Shown here piece by piece: positions 23,257 through 35,000 of a stretch of DNA of 64,000 nucleotides. The notes under the pieces are model-generated. The model ran no database searches and was not told the origin of the DNA. It saw only the letters and a program-made list of their open reading frames with translations. Position 1 is the stretch's first letter; each line of letters opens with the position of its first letter. Source of the DNA: Eledone cirrhosa (taxonomy: Eukaryota); NCBI GenBank assembly GCA_964016885.1, contig OZ024742.1, positions 7,254,001 through 7,318,000 on the forward strand, written 5' to 3'. The translations under genes and the position numbers were made by a program.

Positions 23257-23589
23257 ATATGAACCTGAAGATTGCGAATGCATGAAAGTACTTGTTCAAT
23301 TAACATTTAACATTTAATATTCTACCATACTATTTAATTATAATATTATAATTTTAAAGGATTGTAAATAAAACGAGTAAATCAGACAAAGTTGGAATTC
23401 CTTTTATTAATATAATCTTCTATACACAATCATACACATCCGTGTATATTTATATATATATACATATATATATACATATGTGTGTGTGTGTGTATGTGTG
23501 TATGTATGTATATATATGTGTGTACGTGTGTATATATGTATGTATATGTGTACGTTTAAATGTGTATGTGTGTGTATGCATGAGAGCGC

Positions 23590-23621
<32 letters not shown>

Positions 23622-23622
<1 letters not shown>

Positions 23623-24351
23623 CCGAGGGACCACAGATTCCACAGGATCTTCAACAGACACACTGTGAAGCTCTCGTATTCCACCACGAGAAATGTGGCC
23701 CAACACATAGCTAGCATCAACAGGAGTAGGCTTAAAAACCACACACAACCAGAAGATGGCAATACAAACACTCAGCAGAACCATGTGAAAGGAGGGAAGG
23801 GGGGACCCAGAGCCCACACAAGAAACCCAAACAGACCCGGGGACCCCCCACCGTGCCTGGTGGAAGACCAACATGTAACACATAACGGGAACCCTAATCT
23901 AGGCACGCAGAGGTTTACCACCCTCTGCAACTGCAGAAACCCCGAATCATGCCCCCTTGGTAATGAATGCCTCAAGAAGAACCTAGTATACGGTTGTAGG
24001 GTTAAAACCCCCAACTCCGAACACCTCTACATAAGAGCCACACCAACGAGCTTTAAAGACCGCTGGTACAACCATCGCCATTCATTCAATAAGAAGGCCA
24101 AAAGGAAAAGCACGGCTGTCTCCGACCTGATCTGGAAGCTTAAGCTGGACAGGACCCCGTACTCTCTGGCCTGGTACATAATCAGGAAAGTACCACCCGA
24201 TAAAGGGGGATCTTGCATATGCAAACTATGCCTGAACGAGACCCTCGAGATACTAAGAGGTGGAAGCGGCCTGATAAACCTCAGAACCGACTTCTTCGGG
24301 ACATGCAGACACCTTAGAGCCGGGACCTTCCTTAAGATATATGGACAGTAG
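23622..24351 (+). pseudogene. PLE RT-thumb/linker and GIY-YIG endonuclease (C-terminal part of the ORF)
   Basis: IFNRHTVKLSYS; CNCRNPESCPLGNEC (CxCx5Cx5C); LVY..LYI(R); FKDRWYNHRHSF; CKLCLNE; LIN; CRH. Confidence 0.9.
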
Positions 24352-25547
24352 CAACACAAGAAGATGTGAACTCTCCTCAAGCTATAGGGACTACTACTGA
24401 ACATGTAAACACCTCTCAGCCAGACCTCCCTCAAGCTATATGGGCAGTAACAACACCCTAGGTTGTGAACTCCCCTCAAGCCATAGGGAACAACCCAGGC
24501 TGAGTAGACACCATGATAGCCTAGAGATTGAATCGGACACAGCCATTATAATTTGGCCAACATCTATATAACACAAACACATTTTAATTTACTAGATTTC
24601 TGACTTTCAAGTCCCGATTTTAAATCATGATTTCTCTTTATTAATTTGTTATTTGTTATTTGTTTTCTGCCCTCTTCACTGTATGACCTTATATTTATTT
24701 TTAAGTTGAGATTGATTATTACACAAACACATTTTGTTTGATTATCTTATTTTAACAACTTGTCCTCATACCAATCTATCCAACATATTTCTGACCTTGA
24801 GATTGGTTATAGCACACACACACTTTATCCTACTTTATTTGAATCTTCATTTTATTTTTCACTTCTCCATATTCATTTTCATTACTTTTACACCATTTAT
24901 TCTTTATTCTTTATTCTCTATTTATTATTTATTTTCAAATTATACAAATTATATTATTTATTTTCTGTTTTCTCCATTTATTGCCTTATATTTCTTCGTG
25001 TACATAGAGGAACCCCCCCCCCCCCACTATGAGAGATGGTGGCAGGAGGGATGAAGAAAAAACACACGCAGATACTTCTAAATTGTCAACAGAAGCAAGA
25101 CATAAGCTGACCACAACACCAACAACACTACCAAAATAATGGTAGAGGTCAAATGTACTTAACAATAGCAAACACAAACACTACAGGGAGCCTCACCCCA
25201 GAAATAATTCTATAGACTTCTGATTGAGGAATGATCTCAGAACTGACCAATGGGAAGTTTGACACTTCTTTTGTTATTTTGTTCCTTTAACACATTGTCC
25301 CTTCTACCACTTTATCAATTGTTTAAGCTAATTCCAACAAAAACAACACTTAGAATGAGGAATGTTCTAACAACTGACCAATGAGAGGAGAAGAGGCCCT
25401 TTGACACTGAAATTCGTTTGTTTGAATTCATATGATTCCAGTTCCTCAGTGAAATAACAACCCAACCAGGAACTGGGCATATCAGAGTATTGACAATATT
25501 ATACACCTCAACAACATATGTACTTGTCTATACAACACTAATTTGGA

Positions 25548-25600
25548 CTGCCTGAAGAGGTCACAGTCAAAGATGGCTGTCACCGAAATATATATAGCAG
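25548..25600 (+). ncRNA. Type I hammerhead ribozyme, canonical core (family D-related), at the PLE 3' end
   Basis: CTGC-CTGAAGA-GGT.C.ACAGTCA(aaga)TGGCTGT.C.ACC-GAAA-TATATA-TA-GCAG, followed by AATAAA. Confidence 0.9.
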
Positions 25601-25655
25601 CAATAAACGAAGCTAAATTTTAAACATTTGACTTTTTATTTAACTTTATTTTATA

Positions 25656-25753
<98 letters not shown>

Positions 25754-25826
25754 TGCGTATGTATGTACACATTCGTATGAATGTGTATATATATATGTGT
25801 ATATATTTGTATATGTGTATGTGTGT

Positions 25827-26012
25827 GGTGAATTGGCAGTATCGGTAGAGGGTCGGACGCCATGCTTTTCAGCATAGTTACGTCCCTTTACGGTCTGAGT
25901 TCAAATCCCGCCGAGGTTAACTTTGCCTTTCATCCTTACAGGGTCGATAAAATAAAGTACCAGTAATGTACTGGATGTTTGCTGGCCTTGTGTCAAAAAG
26001 TAGAAACAATTA
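25827..26012 (+). mobile_element. tRNA-derived SINE (Deu/Nin-domain-like core)
   Basis: TGGCAGTATCGG (A box), GAGTTCAAATCC (B box), GCCTTTCATCCTTACAGGGTCGATAAAATAAAGTACCAG. Confidence 0.88.
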
Positions 26013-26598
26013 TGTATGTTTGCTGTGTGTGTGCCTGCCTGTGTGTGCGTGCGTGTATGTGTGTGTACGTGTGTAAGTGGGCGGGGGTGTGAGTGTGCTT
26101 GTCGACACCTGGAATATATATTAAGAGAAACTTCACAATAAGGGGGTTCACCCCAACACCTGAATCTGTTGATCGAACCCTCTCTGCCTTTGTCACCCTT
26201 ATTCCAGCCTTAAAGAATTAGCTTCAAACGAATTTCCCTTTTCCTTAAACCATTGAACCCCACCCATCCTGTAGACACCCGTCTTATAGGCATTGTTAGT
26301 CTAAGTGATAAACTAGGATTGGTATTCCAATTTGAACCTGTTTACAGTATCCTTCCTGCCTTTGTTAATATTATAGTTTTAACGAATTAGCTTTTAATGA
26401 ACTCCCTTTTCTTTAAATCATTCAACCAATGACCTCCACCCATCCCGATCCCCAACCTCTCCTACCACCAGAAAAGAAAGGATATAAATACCACTACTTA
26501 CTTGGATAGCAAGCTCCTTGATGGTTTCTAACGAATGAAATAGTTCTAGTCCTGTAGAAGATCTTCTATATTAAAACTATATACAATATATATATAAA

Positions 26599-26640
<42 letters not shown>

Positions 26641-26642
26641 AA

Positions 26643-26681
<39 letters not shown>

Positions 26682-27166
26682 ACCTAGCCGTAGGAACACG
26701 TGCAACCCTGAAGTTAGTACTAACTGTAATTGTAGGAATCGGGCTGATTGACCACTATCCGGGAAATGCCTCTCTAGTAACATTGTCTACAAATGTAAGG
26801 TTGTAACATCCACGTCCCGTAGGGCCTACATCGGGTTAACCGCCAATAGTTTCAAGCAGCGTCTTTACATGCCTACCCATTCTTTTCGTTACCCTCTAAG
26901 AAGGAATATGACGTCACTTTCAGCTTATAACATGGAGTCTAAAAGACAACCACACCCAATATAAGTTACACTGGGAGATCCTAGCTAGGGCTAGATCGTA
27001 TAACGGAAATAAAAGACCATGTGACCTCTGCGCCGCTGAGGCCCTGGAAATACTCTACGCCACAGACCACATCTTAAACAAAAAATCTGAGGCAATTTCG
27101 GCTTGAAAACATAAATTGCACAAAACTTTCCTGTATTACAGCCCCACGTTATACCCTAACGGATAG
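26682..27166 (+). pseudogene. PLE GIY-YIG endonuclease fragment (5'-truncated at (TA)n; 3' region probably extends to about 28270)
   Basis: Manual translation gives NCNCRNRAD*PLSGKCLSSNIVYKCKV...AYIGLTANSFKQRLY..HSF, then after a frameshift YKLHWEILARARSYNGNKRPCDLCAAEALEILY...ILNKKSE. Absent from the ORF track. Confidence 0.9.
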
Positions 27167-27765
27167 TACGATCTATACGTGGATATTTTACGTCTTGATG
27201 TGGGAGCTAAGTATATGTTTTGTTTATTCCTTTACTTATTTGCTTAGGTAAGTATATATTACCCGTATGTTTTGTGAAGGTACGTATACCTTCTCGTACG
27301 TATATTTGATTGCTATGGCGTATAATTTTATTTTATTATAATTTTATATATTCTGGTACATAGGGTTTGGCTATGTGTATACGGGAGTTTTGCATCTGTG
27401 TGAGTATGCAGGTTCGTAAGGATGGTGGGTGTGTGTATATGTGTACTTCCTGTTTTAGTTGACTTACGTCTCCGAACATTCGTGTATTTATATGTAGGTA
27501 TGAGTGTGCGCTTGTTATATATGTATTTATTTATTTATATACGTTTATATAATTATTTATTTATTTGTATACACGCATACACACACACACACATATTTAT
27601 ATGTGCGTGGTTTTGTATACCTATGGTAAGGTTTTGCGTATGCTTGTGTTTGTACGTATGTGTTTGCGTGTATGTATTTATTTATTTCTATTACTTCTGT
27701 ATTGTATTTATTTACTTTGTTCTTAACTCTGTAGCGGAGATTCATTTGGTCTCCTAGTTAGAATT

Positions 27766-28033
27766 TTAGTCTACGACTTCTGCTATACCATTTACGTGGT
27801 TTTGTCCTTGCGTGCTATTGTTCTCCACGCTCCACATATGACGTATTATCTTCGTTTTTTCGTTCATTGCCAGAGAACGTCTCTATGCACCACCTAAGAG
27901 AACATTAGTCTACGACCTCTTTTATACCATAAACGTGGTTCTGTCTTTGCGCGTAATTGTTTTTCACCGCTCCTATTAATGACGTATTATTCGTTTTTTC
28001 CCGTTTTTTGCCAGGGAACGTTTCCACGAACCA
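27766..28033. repeat. Diverged 139-bp tandem duplication in the PLE 3' region
   Basis: TTAGTCTACGAC at 27766 and 27905, with colinear similarity (ACGTGGTT, ATGACGTATTAT, TTGCCAG.GAACGT). Confidence 0.8.
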
Positions 28034-28307
28034 AAGTATCGTCTTCCTGTCTTCCCCCGGTTGCAACGTTTTTTTTAAATATCCAGTTCTGCGTTTACAG
28101 ATTGACTTTGTTAGTTTCAGAAGATCCCGTTAAGGGTGAAAGCAGCGATTCTTTGCTTAAACTTTAATCTGTTATTTTAATAAATATTTGCTCTACGGTT
28201 CTTATATATTTGATATATATTTATCCTTATCGAGCCCTCTTTGGATTTTAGTCTTCAAATTTATTATTATTACTATATATATTGGCAACATGACCCTCCC
28301 AAAGTAT

Positions 28308-28343
<36 letters not shown>

Positions 28344-28370
28344 ATATATATATAATAAATTTATTATTAT

Positions 28371-28414
<44 letters not shown>

Positions 28415-28596
28415 ATAATATTCCGTTGCTTAAACCATTTTGTTTGTTACCCTAACGTCCTCTTTATTTACGTGTCCCAACGACTTTTTTTAGCATATGG
28501 CCCTTAAAGCGATGAAATGCCTGGGACGGTTGGAGGGTCACTGATGAAGGACTTACTTTTTCATATGCACCACCATTTGCAACGCGCAGCCATCAT

Positions 28597-28714
<118 letters not shown>

Positions 28715-29148
28715 TGGTAAACGGAAAAGAGAATGCTGACAAATTGTTCACAGTGAAAAATAGTTTAATTAGGAATAAGTGAGAATTAGTAATAGTATTG
28801 GATAGTATTCAGTTTTGGTTTTAAGTTTTACCGGTTGCGCATTTCTAATGCTTTTCAAAAATAATTTTGAGATAGAGCGCCCGTGATAATTGCTTTAATA
28901 AATATATATATATATATATATATTTATATCTTCGGTTTGCTTTTATCCTTCTATGTTGTTTACTTGTCTCACTCGCTTTACGCGATTCACTAGTCCCAAT
29001 AGCTTTTTTTAGTTATTGCTCGCACCAACATGAGGTATATGATTTTTAATGCGATGAAATATCAATGATGGTTGGCAAATCACTGACGAAGGACTATTTT
29101 TATCATATGTAACCCATGTGCAACCACGCATTATTCTTCTTTCTTCTC

Positions 29149-29186
<38 letters not shown>

Positions 29187-29188
<2 letters not shown>

Positions 29189-29294
29189 TTTTAATATAGA
29201 AGAGCTTCTACGGGACTAGAACTGTTCGAGAGAAAGATGTTTTCTCACGAATGAAACAGTTCTTGTCCTGTAGAAGCTCTTCTATATTAAAACT
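29187..29294. repeat. Fold-back hairpin (about 39-bp arms) of a TA-flanked repeat also present at about 26530-26580
   Basis: GTTTTAATATAGAAGAGCTTCTACGGGACTAGAACTGTT ... AACAGTTCTTGTCCTGTAGAAGCTCTTCTATATTAAAAC. Confidence 0.85.
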
Positions 29295-29558
29295 TTTAGA
29301 CTCTGCTATGTATACTTTATACTTTGCTATGTATTGTGTACCTTACTTACTGTGGTTACCTCCGATTCAACCCGGAATAACTTATATATATATATATAAA
29401 TCCCTATGTAGTTGACGGCACTCGGAATTATCACCTACGCATTCGTAGGATAATATATATATATATATATTGGTTTTCGCTTCCGCATATTTTATATCTC
29501 CATAGTTAATTTATTTGGCATCAATGTTTATCATTGACTGACGAACGGTTAAAAATAC

Positions 29559-29649
<91 letters not shown>

Positions 29650-29653
<4 letters not shown>

Positions 29654-30197
29654 AATAAAGTTCTTTCGTTGCACATCTGCAACATCATTAGTGGTGCTAT
29701 TATCATGTTTCCTCCTATTGTGTTATATTGTAGTGTTTTCATTTTGTCCTTAATTGTAAGTTGTGATGTTGCTGTTCCATCACAACTTACAATTAAGGGC
29801 AACATTAAGGACACAATGAAAACACACACGCACATAGAACAAACAACCAACCAGTAATATGCAAATAAACAAATAAATAAACGAATATAAACACACACGG
29901 ACACCCGGATGTAACACATGCGCAAACTAAGCACACAACAAACACACAAAATCACGATGGCGTAGGACAGAACAAAGGAGAGGCACAAAAACAAAAAAAA
30001 GAATCCCCAGTCACTGAAGAGGTCACATAATGTGTGACGAAAGAACTTTGACAATATATAAATAATCATCTGGTTGTGGAACCAACCAACCAACCGGAAA
30101 TTTATAAATTCCTAAATTTATAAATTTATTATAATAAATTGAAGTGAAACAACTGGTGCGTGTGTTTCTTATTGGCAACATGACCCTCCCAAAGTAT

Positions 30198-30203
<6 letters not shown>
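29650..30203 (+). mobile_element. Non-coding pLTR-like element with a hammerhead and an inverted 5' segment
   Basis: Hammerhead at 30010-30052. An inverted GAAAGAACTT half-motif at about 29658-29668 and a 25-bp hairpin at 29744-29802. The 3' tail is duplicated at 28280-28312. (TA)n on both sides. Confidence 0.65.
30010..30052 (+). ncRNA. Minimal type I hammerhead ribozyme (family F)
   Basis: GTCA-CTGAAGA-G-GTCACA(taatg)TGTGAC-GAAA-GAAC-TT-TGAC. 4-bp stem I, 6-bp stem II with one extra G, very short stem III. Confidence 0.78.
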
Positions 30204-30252
<49 letters not shown>

Positions 30253-30569
30253 CATACACATACACACATATATATACAAGTATATATATATATATACATA
30301 CATACACATACATGAATACATATACACACATACATATATATACATATATACATACACATAAATATATTTCCATATCATACTTAGATATATATTTACTCAT
30401 GCAATTACGGGAGGTTGTGTATCTTGTTGCCTTTAGTCATTAACGCATAAATCTAAGGAAGCAAAAACATTAGAAGGCAAAAATAAGCATGATTGCATAT
30501 AACTAGGGGAAAGAGGTACTAATAAATGTTACTTTATATGGAATTATAATGAGTTGCTATTTAGAATAT

Positions 30570-31240
30570 TTACTTAGGTTTATAGTATTTAAATGTTTTT
30601 CGTATACGGTGATTACAATTGATCAATTCCTGTCTTTTACTTAATAAATCGTCCTTAGATTTAATAATTTCCAAGATCTCCCCATAATCTGCATTCCCTC
30701 CTGTTTCCAAGATATGGAGTTCTTTGTAGAATGGTGTTCCACGATAACTTAAAATCTATTTTTTTCTTTTTATAATTATTTACCGCTTCAGCTAAAGATG
30801 TGGTGTTTGCTAGTTTAGTATTGTTGAAACTACTAGAGTGTGCGTAAAATCCTTTCTTAAATGTGTTTGATGTAGATCCTATATATGATTTGTTGGAGTC
30901 TGTAGTAGACACAGTGCATTTATATACTACATTATTAATCAAACAGTTTCCATTTAAGGGGCAAATGCTTCTATTTCTGCAATTATAGCCATACGTAAGA
31001 TGGTTATTGAGGGTGCCTATACTATTCTCATTATTCCTTGAGCTATTTCTATTGTAATTAATGATAGCAGGAGAATGAAGGTTGCTTTGTGGGTGGTTTG
31101 GTGCTAGGGTTGTATTGTGATTTTGTGTACTGTTGTTTTTGTGTTGGTGATTTGGGTGGTTGTGTTTTCTAGGTTGAAGGATTGTATTATTTGATAGTTT
31201 GTAAATAACTTTACATAGATCAATAACTGAGTATAGCTAC
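30570..31240 (-). pseudogene. PLE linker and GIY-YIG endonuclease fragment
   Basis: YNCRNRSICPLNGNCLINNVVYKC...SYIGSTSNTFK..FYAHSSSF...LSW...ECRL, then after a frameshift ILEII...LLSKRQELINCNH. Confidence 0.9.
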
Positions 31241-31410
31241 AATGTATTATCATCATCTAAAAACGATGGTAAAGCAGTGAAGTATATCTCTAATGACTTG
31301 ATTTTTTATTTCATTGTTTTCCGAGATTCATCTTAACCTACAACATTTCAACATATGGATAACATCGAGTTCTTCATACAGAATAGACCCCACAACTTAC
31401 TGTGGATACC

Positions 31411-31781
<371 letters not shown>

Positions 31782-32034
31782 TATGGGTCACATTAGATAG
31801 TTCAGTACAACATACATTAAAACATTAAAAAGCTTTCAGTATGGTCACTAGTGAAATAGCTTTGACCAATGCTTTAGTCAGATTTGACTGAACATAACAG
31901 TAATGATCACTAGAATAAAATCTTCGTTGGAAGTGGGAAGTAATATATAGACTTATTACAATATAGTAGTGAGTGTTGGTGTGTGTAGATGTCTGTATGT
32001 ACGTGTGCGTGTGTCTGTATGTGTGGGGGGGGGT

Positions 32035-35000
32035 GTATGTCAATGTATGTGTGTGTATGTCAATGTGTATGTGTATGTCAATGTTTATGTATGTATGTCA
32101 ATGTTTGTGTGTGTATGTCAATGTGTGTGTATGTATGTCAATGTATGTGTGTATGTCAATATTTATATGTGTATGTCAATGTTTATGTGTGTGTATGTAA
32201 ATGTTTATGTGTGTATGTCAATGTGTGTGTGTCAATGTGTATGGCTATATGTCAATGTTTATGTGTGTATGTCAATGTTTATATGTGCATGTCAATGTTT
32301 ATGTGTGTATGTCGATGTTTGTGTCTGTATGTCAGTATTTATGTGTTTGTATGTCAATGTTTATGTGTGTGTATGTCAATGTTTATGTGTGTATGTCAAT
32401 GTTTGTGTGTATGTCAATGTTTATGTGTGCATGTCAATGTTTATGTTTGTATGTCAATGTTTGTGCCTGTATGTCAAACTGTATATGTGTGTATGTCAAT
32501 GTTTATGTGTGTGTATGTCAATATATGTGTGTATGTCAATGTTTATGTATGTATGTATGTCAATGTTTATGTGTCTGTCAATGTGTGTATGTCAATGTAT
32601 GTATGTATGACAATGCATGTGTGTTTATGACAATGTTTATGTCTGTGTGTCAATGTATGTGTGTATGTCAATGTTTATGTATGTATGTCAATGTATCTGT
32701 GTGTATGTCAATGTATGCATGCATGTCAATGTATGTGTGTATGTCAATGTATGTGTCTGTATGTCAATATATGTGTGTAGGTCAATGTATGTGTATGTAT
32801 ATCAATGTATGTATGTATGTCAATGTATGTGTGTATGTCAATGTATATGTGTATGTCAATGTATGTGTGTATGTCAAGCCATGTGTGTGTATGTCAATGC
32901 ATGAATGTATGTCAATGTATATCTGTATGTCAATGTAGGTGTGTTTGTCAATGTATGTATGTATGTCAATGTACGTCTGTATGTGAATGTATGTGTGTGT
33001 ATGTCAACGTTTGTCTGTATGTCAATGTATGTGTGTATGTTAATACGTTTGTCTGTATGTCAATGTATGAGTGTATGTCAATGTATGTGTGTATGTCAAT
33101 GTATGTTTGTAACTCAATGTATGTCTGTATGTCAATGTATGTGTGTATGTCAATGTATGTCTGTATGTTAATGTATGTGTGTGTGTCAATGTACGTCTGT
33201 ATGTCAATGTATGTGTGTGTATGTCACAGTTTGTCTATATGTCAATATATGTGTGTATGTTAATGTATGTGTTTGTATGTCAATGTATGTGTGTATGTCA
33301 CTGTATGTGTGTATGTCAATGTATGTATGTACGTCAATGTATGTGTGCATGCCAATGTATGTCTGTATGTCAATGTATGTGTGTATGTCAATGTATCTGT
33401 GTATGTCAATGTATGTCTTTAAGTCAATGTTTGTGTGTATATAAATTATGTGTGTATGTCAATGTATGTATGTATGTCAATGTATGTGTGTATGTCAATG
33501 TTTGTGTCTCTATGTCAATGTATGTGTGTATGTCAATGTATGTGTGTATGTCAATGTATGTGTCTGTATGTCAATGTATGTGTGCATGTCAATGTATGTC
33601 TGTATGTCAATGTATGTGTGTATGTCAATGTATGTGTGTATGTCAATATTTATATGTGTATGTCAATGTTTATGTGTGTGTATGTAAATGTTTATGTGTG
33701 TATGTCAATGTGTGTGTGTCAATGTGTATGGCTATATGTCAATGTTTATGTGTGTATGTCAATGTTTATATGTGCATGTCAATGTTTATGTGTGTATGTC
33801 GATGTTTGTGTCTGTATGTCAGTATTTATGTGTGTGTATGTCAATGTTTATGTGTGTGTATGTCAATGTTTATGTGTGTATGCCAATGTTTGTGTGTATG
33901 TCAATGTTTATGTGTGCATGTCAATGTTTATGTGTGTATGTCAATGTTTGTGTCTGTATGTCAAACTGTATGTGTGTGTATGTCAATGTTTATATGTGTG
34001 TATGTCAATGTATGTGTGTGTATGTCAATGTTTATGTCTGTATGTCAAAGTTTATGTGTCTGTTAATGTTGATGTGTGTATGCCAATGTTTACGTGTGTA
34101 TGTCAATGTATGTATGTATGACAATGCATGTGTGTTTATGACAATGTTTATGTCTGTGTGTCAATGTATGTGTGTATGTCAATGTTTATGTCTGTATGTC
34201 AATGTATCTGTGTGTATGTCAATGTATGCCTGCGTGTCAATGTATGTGTGTATGCCAATGTATGTGTCTGTATGTCAATATATGTGTGTAGGTCAATGTA
34301 TGTGTATGTATATCAATGTATGTATGTATGTCAATGTATGTGTGTATGTCAATGTATATGTGTATGTCAATGTATGTGTGTATGTCAAGCCATGTGTGTG
34401 TATGTCAATGCATGAATGTATGTCAATGTATATCTGTATGTCAATGTAGGTGTGTTTGTCAATGTATGTCTGTATGTCAATGTACGTCTGTATGTGAATG
34501 TATGTGTGTGTATGTCAACGTTTGTCTGTATGTCAATGTATGTGTGTATGTTAATACGTTTGTCTGTATGTCAATGTATGAGTGTATGTCAATGTATGTG
34601 TGTATGTCAATGTATGTTTGTAACTCAATGTATGTCTGTATGTCAATGTATGTGTGTATGTCTGTATGTTAATGTATGTGTGTGTGTCAATGTACGTCTG
34701 TATGTCAATGTATGTGTGTGTATGTCACAGTTTGTCTATATGTCAATATATGTGTGTATGTTAATGTATGTGTTTGTATGTCAATGTATGTGTGTATGTC
34801 ACTGTATGTGTGTATGTCAATGTATGTATGTACGTCAATGTATGTGTGCATGCCAATGTATGTCTCTATGTCAATGTATGTGTGTATGTCAATGTATGTG
34901 TGTATGTCAATGTATGTCTTTAAGTCAATGTTTGTGTGTATATAAATTATGTGTGTATGTCAATGTATGTATGTATGTCAATGTATGTGTGTATGTCAAT

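Larger units (their letters stand above)
22825..25650 (+). mobile_element. Penelope-like element (RT fragment, GIY-YIG, long 3' region, pLTR with hammerhead), interrupted by a microsatellite-rich insert
   Basis: RT at 22825-23250, endonuclease at 23622-24351, hammerhead at 25548-25600, then (TA)n. The RT and endonuclease pieces may be separate insertions. Confidence 0.8.

Noticed and set aside
25827-25915. tRNA gene suggested by A and B boxes
   Set aside because: No cloverleaf, and it continues into the SINE core shared by five copies.
28115-28155. CAGAAGA-TCCC..GGGT-GAAA at the 3' end of the 26682 PLE
   Set aside because: The core is mutated and stems I and III cannot be formed. At best a dead ribozyme.
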